Made by a program: the position numbers and the translations under genes. 64,000 nt of DNA from the IMG/VR virus record IMGVR_UViG_3300020055_000005, positions 32,001 to 96,000 of that record, one strand, 5' to 3'. Positions within the stretch are counted from its first letter, which is position 1. Each line of letters begins with the position of its first letter. The notes under the pieces are model-generated. The model searched no databases. It was not told the DNA's origin and saw only the letters and a program-made list of their open reading frames with translations. Shown here in pieces: positions 20,216 to 30,727 of this stretch. This stretch comes from a virus.

Positions 20216-20285
20216 TCTATTTTCCTCCTATAATCCAATTGAATGGGAAACTACTCAGGGGACTCCTGACCACTTTCTTCATAAG

Positions 20286-22157
20286 TTAATATGATGTACT
20301 AGATGTAGTTGTAAACCCTACACCAGCACTCGTTTCACCACTTGCGATGGTGTCTACTTCACCTTTGACTTTAACATTTTCTATATCAATGTCAATCAAA
20401 CTACCCCTTGTTGCGACAACATCGTCACCGTCAGGGATAATAGTGAAGTCAATCGAGCTATCAACGTTCTTCGTGGAAGTAAACGTGATGGCGTTGATTG
20501 TAATAATTCCTTTAGTATAATCGATAGTACCTGCTTCTTTGTCTGCAAAGATTCTATTAGAACCTTGTAAGTAATATCTTCTTAATACTCCGTTTCCGTC
20601 ATCGTCAAAATATTGATCATTGACGGAATCTCCTTGTACTTTAAAACTTGTAGTAACTAATATACCACCTGAGGATGCATTATGTCCTGAGTGTGGATGA
20701 TAAAATGCGTTTCCAAACTTAACATCGTATCCTTGTTTTTTATTAGCTTCTACAACTCTTGCTTTACGTAATCTGATATTTGTAGTGTTTGATAATATAG
20801 CACTGTTTGCATCATCAACAGCCCTTGTTAGTTTTGAATGTCTAAACACTGCATCAAAGTTGTTTAGGTTTACATTATCATAGTTTGTAATTGCGTTTAA
20901 CACTACGGTCTCTAATTCACCACTTGTAAGATCAGTTTGTTTCTCATCATACTTGAATGTGGTAGAGATTAAAATTTTAGTTATGTCAGGAGATATAATA
21001 ATAGGTCTTACCGTTAATATGTTCAGTGCCTTTAATTTGTTCTCCACTTGTCTCTTTTCTGTGTCTGATAAGTAGTCTGCGTTTTTAGGTTTGATTGCAA
21101 GAAACACTTTACCATATTCAGGTGGGTCATTATCTTCACCACCCCACACTGCGATTGCATCTGCATTCGGATAGTATTCAGACACTTTACCTTTATAGTC
21201 ATTAAGTGTCACAAGTCTGTTTTGTGATGTGTAAAATTTGTTTGCCTTAAATTTAATTGAGTCAATAGATTCTTTCTCTGCACCACCTGTTGATGCAACT
21301 TTAGTTGATATGACTGCATCAACAAATCCGTTAATACTTTCTCTTAAATTAAATATGTTTGCACCATCAGCGTGTAATGCATCAACTATAATATAAGTTG
21401 CAGTGATAATGTCACCGTCCTTTAGTTGTTTACCTAATACCCCATCACCAAAATAAATTTCCGTATATCCTTCGTCGTTTTCTTGTGCATAATAAACTCT
21501 AGATTCAGTTGATACGTTTGATATATCAGTTGATAATGTGTATGTTTCTAATTGACCATCTGAGTCAACTGTAACTTTAAGGTGTGATTTATCTATTCTC
21601 AAATTTGAGAGTACATACTTACCATTCTTGATCTGAGAGTCATACACGTATTTGTCTGTCATGTACGAACCTTGAACAAGTTGTACGTCTGCATATTGAT
21701 ATGTATTACCATTTGCAACAGGTCTTACTGGATTTGAAACAACATACTCATAGTTTTTACCATCGTATGCAGTTGAAAATCTAGTTCCTCTAGGGATTGT
21801 CATTTCAGTAGTTGTAGGATATGTCTGATCAGCATTACGAACATTTCTTAGATTCATATCTACAATTGCAGAAGATGCCTTTTCTGATGCAGGAGTGAAT
21901 CCTAAATCTTTTGCACGTGCAACAACGTTCTTTCTTAGTTGTGCAGAATCTAAAAACAATTCAGAAGCTGCAAGGTTAGTGTTAATTGCACCAATATGTG
22001 CAGTGTATGCCATTAGATCAATGAGAATCGACATTGTTGAACCATCGAAGTCATAATCTTTAAATTTTTGTTGTCCCTTTAGATATGATTTAAGATTCTT
22101 TGCGATATCTTCAAAATCTAAATCTGAAACTGATATTTTTGAACTGTCTACTGCCAT
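20286..22157 (-). CDS. gp6: Baseplate wedge subunit
   Basis: LDFEDI..NLK.YL...DYDFDGS; FLDSAQLR; SQNRLVT..DY; WGGEDN.PP.YGKVF. Confidence 0.95.
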   Translation of the reverse strand: MAVDSSKISVSDLDFEDIAKNLKSYLKGQQKFKDYDFDGSTMSILIDLMAYTAHIGAINTNLAASELFLDSAQLRKNVVARAKDLGFTPASEKASSAIVDMNLRNVRNADQTYPTTTEMTIPRGTRFSTAYDGKNYEYVVSNPVRPVANGNTYQYADVQLVQGSYMTDKYVYDSQIKNGKYVLSNLRIDKSHLKVTVDSDGQLETYTLSTDISNVSTESRVYYAQENDEGYTEIYFGDGVLGKQLKDGDIITATYIIVDALHADGANIFNLRESINGFVDAVISTKVASTGGAEKESIDSIKFKANKFYTSQNRLVTLNDYKGKVSEYYPNADAIAVWGGEDNDPPEYGKVFLAIKPKNADYLSDTEKRQVENKLKALNILTVRPIIISPDITKILISTTFKYDEKQTDLTSGELETVVLNAITNYDNVNLNNFDAVFRHSKLTRAVDDANSAILSNTTNIRLRKARVVEANKKQGYDVKFGNAFYHPHSGHNASSGGILVTTSFKVQGDSVNDQYFDDDGNGVLRRYYLQGSNRIFADKEAGTIDYTKGIITINAITFTSTKNVDSSIDFTIIPDGDDVVATRGSLIDIDIENVKVKGEVDTIASGETSAGVGFTTTSSTSY

Positions 22158-22579
22158 TATCGTACCCTACTTACTGAGAATTCTACTTGATTATTTCGTT
22201 TACCATTGATGATAGAATAGGTTACTGTAACATCTAATCTATTACTGTTTGTTACAGGTGCAAATCTTACACCAACATTAGTAACACGTGGTTCAATGAT
22301 TTCTATTTGTTCTTTCAGTTGTCTTTTAAGACGATTAATCTGTACAGAAGTGTCTAACTCAAACAATGCACTCTGTAGATTTCCACCAAAATTTGGTTTA
22401 AAAGGTCTTTCATATTTATTGGTTAATAGAATATTTCTAACTGCACGTCTTACTGCATCTGTGTCATACTTCAATGCAAGATCACCTGTAATAGGATGTG
22501 CCTTAAATTGCAAATCTAAATCTGCTGATGCAGGGTCAATCGCAACTGTCTTACCATTGGGTTTTACGTAATCTACCAT
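22157..22579 (-). CDS. gp25: Baseplate wedge subunit
   Basis: DLDL.F..HP.TGD; AV.RAVRNILLT...ERPF.P.FG; EPRV. Confidence 0.93.
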   Translation of the reverse strand: MVDYVKPNGKTVAIDPASADLDLQFKAHPITGDLALKYDTDAVRRAVRNILLTNKYERPFKPNFGGNLQSALFELDTSVQINRLKRQLKEQIEIIEPRVTNVGVRFAPVTNSNRLDVTVTYSIINGKRNNQVEFSVSRVR

Positions 22580-22584
22580 AATTC

Positions 22585-22592
22585 TATTTATG
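22585..22592 (-). promoter_or_regulatory. Late promoter variant CATAAATA, 5 nt before gp25 ATG
   Basis: 7/8 match to consensus. Confidence 0.55.
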
Positions 22593-22605
22593 TCACCTTA
22601 CCTAA

Positions 22606-24576
22606 TTAAACTGCAAGTTGGATTGAAACTAATCCACTATTTGGTGCATCTGTAAACTGTATGATCTGATTTTCAACATCGATTGTGTATAGACTAGGGT
22701 CAATTAATTTATTACGAATAAAAACATCGACATTATTTGCAGTCATCGTTCCACCACCCTGCACATTGAAGTCTGTTTGACCGTCATCTGCAAATTCTCT
22801 GTCCTCTCCAAACACTGAAATAAACTTTCCTGCTTCAGGTGGAGTACTAAACACTATGTTACCACTACTTTCAGTGAAACCACCACTTTGTCTTACACCA
22901 TCTATAAACACGTATGTATTACTACCACTTCCTGCGATTGGGAATGTATCTCTTACACCATCTGTTTCAAATGCGTTTTCTGTTGGTTCAGTATCATCAT
23001 TATTAGTAGGTCTAGGTATTTTAGGTTTTTTCAGACTTGAATTTACTACTCCATCTATACTTGAAAGGGAAAGACCAATCGTTAGAGGTAAGAAACCAAT
23101 TAACTCTAAGAAATCACAGAAAGTTAAGAAGAGTACATCAAATATTTTACCTAATCCAATCTTATCTAAAAACTTCTTAATCTTTTTAACCCATAAGAAA
23201 AGAACTCTCTTGTACCAGTTTACTTTAAATTTTTCTAATGCAATCATCATATCTGCAATTTCTTCTTCAAGTGATTGTGCAGTTGATTCTATTTCTGCAC
23301 CTATGATTTCTCTTACAGTAAAACCAAAAATAGATAAACCTAAAATTTTATCTCGTATCATTTGTTGGAACTTTCTTTGTTCGTCCATTATTTGATCTTC
23401 TAATTCTTTACGTCCTTCTAAAAGAATCTCTCTCGCAGCCACATCACTTTTATAGGGTTCTTCTTCTAGTAACTTATCAATTTCATCGATTTGTAATTGA
23501 ATACCCAGTCTAGTTTTCTTAAACTCCTCTTTAATAATCTCTGTGACTCCATGAACCATTTCAGGAATATCCATTGATAATATGTCTGCAAGTTCACTGA
23601 AAGGTAAATCAGGTAATCCTAATAAATCCCATATTTCATCAAACAGGTCTATAAGTTTTTCAAATGCTTTAACGTGCCAGTTATTCAACCAATCTTCAAT
23701 TTCAGTTTGTATACACTGGAATGCTAACTGCGCTTTCGCTTCTACATCTAAAACACCATACTCTCCGTCAAATTGTCTACATGTGGAAGGTAAGAATGAG
23801 AATAGTTTATCAACCAATTGTGTTCTTAAATTTTCCTTGGTTAAAATATCACTTTCGATTCTTTCAATCTCTGCCTTTATTGCCTCTTCTTCTGCCTCTG
23901 TATATGCAATAGGGTCGTCTTTTAATTTACGTAGTTCTTCATGTTGATTTTCGATTTCACCTCTTAATCCCTGAATCTCTTTAACGATTTCACTTCCCAT
24001 TATCTGTGCTTCAATTTCTTTTTTATAGTTTGGTGAAGTGATAATTGCAATAATGTCTATAGATATTCCATAAACATTAATTGTAAAATTGATAGGGACA
24101 AATTTACTGATAAACTCTGCAATTTTTGCTGGAACGTATACGTGGAATTCTGCGAGGAATTTAGTTACTGCCTGATTCGCTTCTTGTTGCCAGTTTCTTT
24201 TTTGTCCGTCTTTTTGCCAGTAAGGTGAAAGAAGTTCCTCAATTTTCTCTTTAACCTTTTCAACTTCTTCTACCATCTCTTCAATCTCTTCTTCCAATGC
24301 AGTGAGGACAGGATAGATTGATGATTCTAATGCATTAATCTCTTCAATTATAGCATCCTTTTCTTCCTTTGTCAAATTTGGGTCATTTAATCTGTCCCAA
24401 AGTTCTTTTATTTCTTTTTCCTTTTCTGCCTTTTCTTCTAAGAATGCGGCTCTCAACTTCATTGGTAAAGAACCAATTGAATTCAATGCATTAACTATTT
24501 CTGCTTTAGATGGAAGGTCAAAGATGTCCCCTTCAGGACATACTATTGCTGTAGGAATCTCAATATTAATGGACAT
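22606..24576 (-). CDS. Hypothetical helical protein with C-terminal virion beta-modules
   Basis: Acidic coiled-coil and amphipathic helices followed by VFIDGVRQ...IVFSTPP modules; between gp5 and gp25. Confidence 0.6.
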   Translation of the reverse strand: MSINIEIPTAIVCPEGDIFDLPSKAEIVNALNSIGSLPMKLRAAFLEEKAEKEKEIKELWDRLNDPNLTKEEKDAIIEEINALESSIYPVLTALEEEIEEMVEEVEKVKEKIEELLSPYWQKDGQKRNWQQEANQAVTKFLAEFHVYVPAKIAEFISKFVPINFTINVYGISIDIIAIITSPNYKKEIEAQIMGSEIVKEIQGLRGEIENQHEELRKLKDDPIAYTEAEEEAIKAEIERIESDILTKENLRTQLVDKLFSFLPSTCRQFDGEYGVLDVEAKAQLAFQCIQTEIEDWLNNWHVKAFEKLIDLFDEIWDLLGLPDLPFSELADILSMDIPEMVHGVTEIIKEEFKKTRLGIQLQIDEIDKLLEEEPYKSDVAAREILLEGRKELEDQIMDEQRKFQQMIRDKILGLSIFGFTVREIIGAEIESTAQSLEEEIADMMIALEKFKVNWYKRVLFLWVKKIKKFLDKIGLGKIFDVLFLTFCDFLELIGFLPLTIGLSLSSIDGVVNSSLKKPKIPRPTNNDDTEPTENAFETDGVRDTFPIAGSGSNTYVFIDGVRQSGGFTESSGNIVFSTPPEAGKFISVFGEDREFADDGQTDFNVQGGGTMTANNVDVFIRNKLIDPSLYTIDVENQIIQFTDAPNSGLVSIQLAV

Positions 24577-24581
24577 ATCAT

Positions 24582-25640
24582 TTAAAATACAACTTTCTTA
24601 CCAGCAAGTACTAGATCACCTGCGGCCTGAATTCTCATGTTTTTACCTGACTTAATTGTCAGATCATCTGAAACATCAAGTAACCCTTTACCGTATGCAG
24701 TTATTTCTGCATTACCATTTGCATGAATGTTTGCGTTACCTAATACTCTTATATTCACTTTACCACCAACATACATTTCGTGGTCTTTACATACAACATG
24801 ATAGTGGTCATTTACAATGTGATGTACTTCAGAACCATCAGGATGAATTTCTGTAAATGTTCCTGATCTATGTTCTATTGCAAGACGTTCCTTTTCGAAA
24901 GTGTCATCAATTTCTAAGACGTGTCCTGACTCTGAATGCCATACATGGTTATATGGGTACTTGGGGTCTGCAGGTGAATTAGGGTAGTGTTCCATACCTT
25001 TAATTTCATTTATGTTTCGAACACTATAATCTCCTTCTCCTCTTGCAAACTTTGAAATATCTGATTCATCAAAATACAATGGATAGAATGGTAAATCTTT
25101 TTCTGCATCAATTTCATAATGGTCAACAGTTGACCCTGTTCCATCATAGTTAACAGTTCTTCCTTCTTCTGATGGTTGTTTAGGTGCAGTGTCTAATGCT
25201 TGTTCTAGTCCCCAAGTTCTAACTGAATTTTGTGCAGGGTTTGCCCCATCTGCAGTTCCTTCGTAATCTGCAGGGGTCATTCTTCTAGGGTCATTAAATC
25301 CTTTATCTACTAATCTAGATAATATGGTTCCTTCGACTGTTTCTCTGTAACCATCAACTGTAACTCCAGTCGCAACCCCTATAATAATTGGGTCTTGTTT
25401 TGTGGAGTCTCTCCAAAATCCAAATACCGTAGACCCCTCAACAAGTCCGTGAGAGTTCATACCGATACCTGAGAGACCACTTGACGTTGGTGGAAGAATT
25501 ACCTGTGCCCATGGTAAATCAGGTGTTGCAATCGCAAGTTTATCATCTGTATGAACACCATGAACACGTACACGTACTCTTCCTATCATGAGAGGGTCAT
25601 GTCTGTCTTCAACTATTCCGTAAAAATATTCTGCGTTCAT
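24582..25640 (-). CDS. gp5: Baseplate hub/spike protein (no lysozyme domain)
   Basis: GIVEDRHDP..IGRVRVRVHG.H...LPWA OB fold; YPYNHV..SESGH..EIDDT; short beta-helix. Confidence 0.92.
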   Translation of the reverse strand: MNAEYFYGIVEDRHDPLMIGRVRVRVHGVHTDDKLAIATPDLPWAQVILPPTSSGLSGIGMNSHGLVEGSTVFGFWRDSTKQDPIIIGVATGVTVDGYRETVEGTILSRLVDKGFNDPRRMTPADYEGTADGANPAQNSVRTWGLEQALDTAPKQPSEEGRTVNYDGTGSTVDHYEIDAEKDLPFYPLYFDESDISKFARGEGDYSVRNINEIKGMEHYPNSPADPKYPYNHVWHSESGHVLEIDDTFEKERLAIEHRSGTFTEIHPDGSEVHHIVNDHYHVVCKDHEMYVGGKVNIRVLGNANIHANGNAEITAYGKGLLDVSDDLTIKSGKNMRIQAAGDLVLAGKKVVF

Positions 25641-27118
25641 TATGTATCCTGTACTGTATTTTGGATTCTTTCAGGGCCAGATGCGTTCTGTAATGGTCTG
25701 TAATCTTCTATTTTACCTGAGAAACTTTCTTTAACCGCTTCTATATGAAGAAACCCTGTGTTTTTAGTTGGGTCTGCATCCATACACATATCTGTTACAA
25801 GATAACGATTATCATTTACATTACTTTCAATCGAACTGTCAGGTCTCTTTAATTCAGGTTCAGGTATAATTAATTTAACTATAGACCCAACTGTGAAATC
25901 TGTTCTGAGAGGAACCGTAAATTTTATTCTGTTCTGTTGGAGTGTTTCTAATAATGCCTTTCTTTCCAGTGGCCCTGTGTTATCTGATTTAAGTCCTATT
26001 AATGGTTCGTTTGAAGTTACGTCTGTTGCATCACCAAAAGAATGTGTAGTAGTGTAAGTGTATTCAACAACACTATCGAATGCTTTATTCGGAGCTGCAT
26101 CTGCATCTAACTCATCGTAATCTGCAGGTAACATACTGTCTGTTTGGTTTCTTGCCTTCAATATAACTTCAGGTTCATCTAAACGTACCATTGGAAAGTT
26201 TCCACTTACGTGTGTACCCTTATCCATAACTTCTTTCATATCGTAATGATATGTTCTATCCATTTTTCTAAGAGGGTCGTATACATGCATAGTTGCAGAA
26301 TAAGAACCTGCAACTGTTCCTCTTAAAGTGTCAAATAGTTGAGGTCTAGAATATGAAAGTATTGTAGAATTCAATCCCACACCTGGCACGTTTACAGGTG
26401 CATTGAGTGAATCTATTTGAGAAGTCTTAGGTCTATATTCAAATTGTTGTCCGTGTTCTCTCCCACACATTTCATCCATGGACATAAACCTAAAACCACC
26501 GTTTAGTGTTTGGAATAAAAAGAATCCTTGTTTCCAACTACCACTATTATCTTTCTCTGCGTTCTGAATAGTGTAGTCTAAAAATTTATTAACTGACCAA
26601 TTAGGACAAATGAATTGAACGTTACTTGGGTCTGATTCTTCCCAAAAATCAATTTCAGTTCCTTTCATGTTACCGTAATCTTGCATTACACCCAAACAAA
26701 TCTCTGACCATGAACCTGTCCACGTCCCACTTATTCTTTGTTTCTGTAAATAGAATAGACGAGGTTCACATAATTGTAAGACGTATGATTGTGTCTTGTC
26801 ATCAACTCTCAGATTGTTTTGTACTTTATAAACTCTAAAAACTTTATCAATAGAATTTGAAAGTTCAGATTCTGACCCATCATTTTCTTTACCACGTAAT
26901 GCAATACGAACATACTCTTGTCCGACTAGTTTGAAATTCTTTAAAATGTTGAGGGAGTCAACTATTGAAATGTCTGCACTAACAAACTTAGAGTAGATAC
27001 TTTCATACATGCGAAAGTTAACAACAATATCTTCAATTGCAAGTGTGTCACCATCTGCATTAACTAATGTCATTGACTCTAGTGCAAACTCACCAGGCCT
27101 GTAATTTCTTTGTTCCAT
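25640..27118 (-). CDS. Baseplate hub protein (gp27-like)
   Basis: YESI....VS..I.I.DS; FFLFQTLNGGFRF.S; position between gp53 and gp5. Confidence 0.7.
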   Translation of the reverse strand: MEQRNYRPGEFALESMTLVNADGDTLAIEDIVVNFRMYESIYSKFVSADISIVDSLNILKNFKLVGQEYVRIALRGKENDGSESELSNSIDKVFRVYKVQNNLRVDDKTQSYVLQLCEPRLFYLQKQRISGTWTGSWSEICLGVMQDYGNMKGTEIDFWEESDPSNVQFICPNWSVNKFLDYTIQNAEKDNSGSWKQGFFLFQTLNGGFRFMSMDEMCGREHGQQFEYRPKTSQIDSLNAPVNVPGVGLNSTILSYSRPQLFDTLRGTVAGSYSATMHVYDPLRKMDRTYHYDMKEVMDKGTHVSGNFPMVRLDEPEVILKARNQTDSMLPADYDELDADAAPNKAFDSVVEYTYTTTHSFGDATDVTSNEPLIGLKSDNTGPLERKALLETLQQNRIKFTVPLRTDFTVGSIVKLIIPEPELKRPDSSIESNVNDNRYLVTDMCMDADPTKNTGFLHIEAVKESFSGKIEDYRPLQNASGPERIQNTVQDT

Positions 27119-27828
27119 TAACTACTCATTACACGTTCAAATTCACGAACAACTCTAGACATTATCTGAGGTTTAATGAATTTAATCAAACGTTTTTGTT
27201 CATTCTCTTCGTCTTCCATCTGCCAGTTACTTACTTCTGTATAACCTGTTGCAGAAAAATTTTGTCTTTTACCTTCTGAATCTTGGTAGTATGCGACACC
27301 ATCTATCATGTCAATAACAGAATTTATTTCAAGGGTCTTTCCACTTACTTCACCAGTTAGTGTTTCTCCAACTATCCAATTACCTTTTGTTACTGCAATC
27401 CTCTTATATGTAGGTTCCACTTGTAAGACTCTTCCGTTACCACTATGTGACCTAACCTTTTCTCCTATTAAAAACTTCCTGTCTTGTTGAATGATATCTG
27501 AAACATTTTGCACTACGATATAATTGCCTGGATATTTTTCCTCCATATAAGTTTCCATGGTGCGTTGATCTTTATACCAATCAAGATAATTTTCCATGTC
27601 ATTGACTAAGAAGAATGTCCAATGTAATTTACTAGAACCGTATAATCTATGTGCAACAATATCAGGTCTCTCACCTTCTTTTATCTCGTAAAACTCATAA
27701 TCAATTAATGAGTTAACTGCATCCTGTTCAATCTTTGCCTTTCTGAAAAAGTCACGTACAGTTACCCACTTACCATTTTGGAGTTTGTAATTTATCTTTG
27801 GAAAATTTTTAAAATATTTTTGTGCCAT
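27118..27828 (-). CDS. gp53: Baseplate wedge subunit
   Basis: YFKNFP.I.Y; Y.IKEGERPDIVA..LYG...LHW; E..NE.KR.I. Confidence 0.92.
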   Translation of the reverse strand: MAQKYFKNFPKINYKLQNGKWVTVRDFFRKAKIEQDAVNSLIDYEFYEIKEGERPDIVAHRLYGSSKLHWTFFLVNDMENYLDWYKDQRTMETYMEEKYPGNYIVVQNVSDIIQQDRKFLIGEKVRSHSGNGRVLQVEPTYKRIAVTKGNWIVGETLTGEVSGKTLEINSVIDMIDGVAYYQDSEGKRQNFSATGYTEVSNWQMEDEENEQKRLIKFIKPQIMSRVVREFERVMSS

Positions 27829-28904
27829 TATCCACCTCTCATATTATCTTCTAATGCACTTGCGCTTTGTTCTCCACCAGCACCAAGTGCAGTTGCAGTC
27901 GGACTGATTGCAAGATAATTATTTTGTGATAGAATTTTGATTTCTAAAAACTCTAGTGTCATTGTTGTTTTCATAGGTTGTCCATCTGCATGAACAGAGA
28001 ATTTTTGTCCACCTGTATGATCAACATCACACTTGGTACACACCATAGGTAAGAACCCATCTAATTTGGATGCAATAGGCCCTACGTAAGTTACATCGAA
28101 TATGTTTGGATAGTTAAAGAAGTTTTCTGTTTCTGAACCACCTACTGATGCGAATGTATCAGGTAACATTGATGACCTAAACCCAAAAATTATATTATTG
28201 ACCATGGTTGCTTCTTCTTGACTTCTTGGATAGAAGTCATAACTAAAGTTCCATGATCTAAATGCAACCCCATCCAACATTTGTTCTTGCATAGGATTGA
28301 TTGCACGACCTGCCATGAAGTTTGAAACGTCACCTGTTAATTTGTTCCAAGTGTTTTGTCCTGCAGCTTTGATTGCGTTAAGTGCTTCTTCTCCTGCAGT
28401 CTTTAAGAAATCACCCTCAACATCGTTAGATGCAGCATTTATTGATCTCATCAAACCTTGTTTTGCAGGGCCAAAGTCTTTAGCCGCATAAGTTACGTTT
28501 GCTTGAGAGATAACTGAGTCAGGTACGTATAGGTGTGCAGAGAATCCATCGAATGGTGTTGATTGACCTGACATTAGATTTCCTGGCTGGTGTTTACGTG
28601 GTCTTGTTTCAAAATGAATATAATTGTTAAACAATTCATGTTGAGGATAAACTGTGTCTAGGTATCTTACATTAGTACTACTTTCATACCATGAACCCAC
28701 TTCGACTGCTGAACTGACCTGTGCTTCAAGTGCATCTCTTCTTTCTTTAAGTTTCTCTCTCGCTTCAGTTGCTTGCTCACCTAATTCATCAATGAGGTTA
28801 TCATAGTTTAATCTTTCGATTTTACTTTGAATACCTTTAATTGAATTAATGGTTTTGTTTGCTTTACCTACTAAGTCGAGTAACTTATCTACGAAATTTG
28901 ACAT
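27828..28904 (-). CDS. gp48: Baseplate tail-tube cap
   Basis: LYVP; NP.QEQ...GV.FR...F.Y.F.PRSQEEA; LEFLEI. Confidence 0.85.
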   Translation of the reverse strand: MSNFVDKLLDLVGKANKTINSIKGIQSKIERLNYDNLIDELGEQATEAREKLKERRDALEAQVSSAVEVGSWYESSTNVRYLDTVYPQHELFNNYIHFETRPRKHQPGNLMSGQSTPFDGFSAHLYVPDSVISQANVTYAAKDFGPAKQGLMRSINAASNDVEGDFLKTAGEEALNAIKAAGQNTWNKLTGDVSNFMAGRAINPMQEQMLDGVAFRSWNFSYDFYPRSQEEATMVNNIIFGFRSSMLPDTFASVGGSETENFFNYPNIFDVTYVGPIASKLDGFLPMVCTKCDVDHTGGQKFSVHADGQPMKTTMTLEFLEIKILSQNNYLAISPTATALGAGGEQSASALEDNMRGG

Positions 28905-28914
28905 TTAAATACCT

Positions 28915-28950
28915 TATAAATAAACTAAAAGAGTTTTACAGTTATTTATG
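28915..28950. promoter_or_regulatory. Divergent late promoters for gp4 (+) and gp48 (-)
   Basis: TATAAATA (+) at 28915-28922; CATAAATA (-) at 28943-28950. Confidence 0.65.
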
Positions 28951-29394
28951 TCATACAGTGGAAAGTTCAAACCGAAGAACTATAAAAAATACAAAGGTGA
29001 CCCTACTAAAATCTTCTATCGTTCTCTATGGGAACGTAAATTTATGGTGTATTGCGATAATAACGATGCAATTATAGAATGGGGTAGTGAAGAAATTGTA
29101 ATTCCATACAAATCACCTATCGATAAGAAACCACATAGATACTTCCCTGACTTCTATATAAAATACGTGAATAGTAAGGGTCAGTCTGTTCGTGAAATTA
29201 TAGAAGTTAAACCAAAGGCACAGACACTACCACCCAAAGAACAGAAACGTAAGACACAGAAATTTTTACGTGAGATAGCAACCTACGCAACCAATCAGGC
29301 AAAATGGAAAGCCGCAGAAGAGTATTGTGCAGATCGAAGAATGCACTTTCGTATATTAACAGAAGATCATCTTCTACCCAAGAAAAAGAAATGA
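28948..29394 (+). CDS. gp4: Head completion nuclease
   Basis: YSGKFKPKN..KYKGDP..I.YRSLWE; HRYFPDF; IEVKP; NQAKW.AA. Confidence 0.95.
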   Translation: MSYSGKFKPKNYKKYKGDPTKIFYRSLWERKFMVYCDNNDAIIEWGSEEIVIPYKSPIDKKPHRYFPDFYIKYVNSKGQSVREIIEVKPKAQTLPPKEQKRKTQKFLREIATYATNQAKWKAAEEYCADRRMHFRILTEDHLLPKKKK

Positions 29395-30011
29395 AAGCAG
29401 TTGTATTTGATTTAGATGGAGTGTTAATAGATTCTCTTCCTAATATGAAAATGGCATGGGGGATAGTGCAACTCCATCATAAGATTGACATACCATTTTC
29501 TGAATATGAGAAACAGATTGGTAAACCCTTCTTTGATATTCTAACTGCAATCGGTATCACTGAAAATCATAGAGAAATAAAGAACACTTATAATGAGGCA
29601 TCTCACATGACACTAGATGAGATAAAGATTTATCCTCATGCGATATCAACATTAAAAGAATTGAGAGATAGGAACTACAAGATTGCGATATGTACATCTA
29701 AAGACTATGACAGAGTGTTACATGTATTTGCATCTTTAATATTAGATGGTGAGAAATTTCCTAGATTTGATTTCATCTGCGCTCCTAAAGAGGAAATTAG
29801 AGGTAAACCAGCTCCTGATCAATTACTATATACCTTAGCACACTTAAACGTTGACCCTAAAGATGCATACTTCGTTGGAGATATGCAATCTGATAAAGAG
29901 TGTGCAGAACGTGCTAATGTAAAATTTATACATGCAAAATATGGATTCGGTGATTTAAAATGCGAACACTATCTAGACCAACTGTCGGACTTAACCAAGT
30001 TATTGGATTAA
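29391..30011 (+). CDS. HAD-family phosphatase (Gph-like)
   Basis: FDLDGVLIDS motif I, ICTSK, KPAPD, VGD...D; start moved to ATG 29391. Confidence 0.88.
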   Translation: MKAVVFDLDGVLIDSLPNMKMAWGIVQLHHKIDIPFSEYEKQIGKPFFDILTAIGITENHREIKNTYNEASHMTLDEIKIYPHAISTLKELRDRNYKIAICTSKDYDRVLHVFASLILDGEKFPRFDFICAPKEEIRGKPAPDQLLYTLAHLNVDPKDAYFVGDMQSDKECAERANVKFIHAKYGFGDLKCEHYLDQLSDLTKLLD

Positions 30012-30727
30012 TTCCTGCACGTTGGAACTCATCTCGTTTTGAGGGTAAACCCCTTGCAGAAATATGTGGTATACCTATGATTCATAGAGTATATAATCAA
30101 TGTCTTCAATGTGAATCGTTAGATAGAATAGTAGTCTTGACTGACGATGAACGAATCAATCAGTATTGTGCATCCAATGAAATTCCATGTGTTGTAATTG
30201 ATGAACCATGCGAGACAGGAACAGACCGTTGTGCGAAAGCGATTGAACTCTTAGATGGAGATTACTTTGTAAATATCCAAGGTGACGAACCCCTAATCGA
30301 CCCTTACACTATTGACACTTTGGTTAGAACATTTTTAGAAAATCCTGATCACTGGATGGCAGGAAATGCGTATGTAAAAATGCATGACGATTTAAAACTG
30401 CATGATAAGAATGTAGTTAAAGTTGTGTTCGATGTAACAGACAGTGCGTTGTTTTTTTCACGTTTACCTATCCCATATCCTAAAGGTGATATGGAACAAT
30501 ACTATCAACAGTTGGGTTTATACGTTTTTACACGTGAAAGTTTAGAACGATTCTCAGACTTAGAACGTCTTCCATTAGAAAGATCGGAAGAAATTGAAAT
30601 GTTGCGTTTTTTAGAACATGACTATAAGGTGAGAATGGTAGAAGTAACAGATGTGGGACTGTCCGTAGACACCCCTCACGATTTAAAGGAAGTAGAGAGA
30701 TACATTAATGATATACAATATAACTAA
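29960..30727 (+). CDS. kdsB: 3-deoxy-manno-octulosonate cytidylyltransferase (CMP-Kdo synthetase)
   Basis: IPARWNSSRFEGKPL; TGTDR; NIQGDEP; VKVV; FSR.PIP; LE..E.IEMLR.LE; SVDTP.DL. Confidence 0.9.
   Translation: MRTLSRPTVGLNQVIGLIPARWNSSRFEGKPLAEICGIPMIHRVYNQCLQCESLDRIVVLTDDERINQYCASNEIPCVVIDEPCETGTDRCAKAIELLDGDYFVNIQGDEPLIDPYTIDTLVRTFLENPDHWMAGNAYVKMHDDLKLHDKNVVKVVFDVTDSALFFSRLPIPYPKGDMEQYYQQLGLYVFTRESLERFSDLERLPLERSEEIEMLRFLEHDYKVRMVEVTDVGLSVDTPHDLKEVERYINDIQYN

Noticed and set aside
29304-29390. N-terminal extension of the HAD ORF
   Set aside because: Overlaps gp4; the HAD motif starts at the ATGA-coupled ATG 29391
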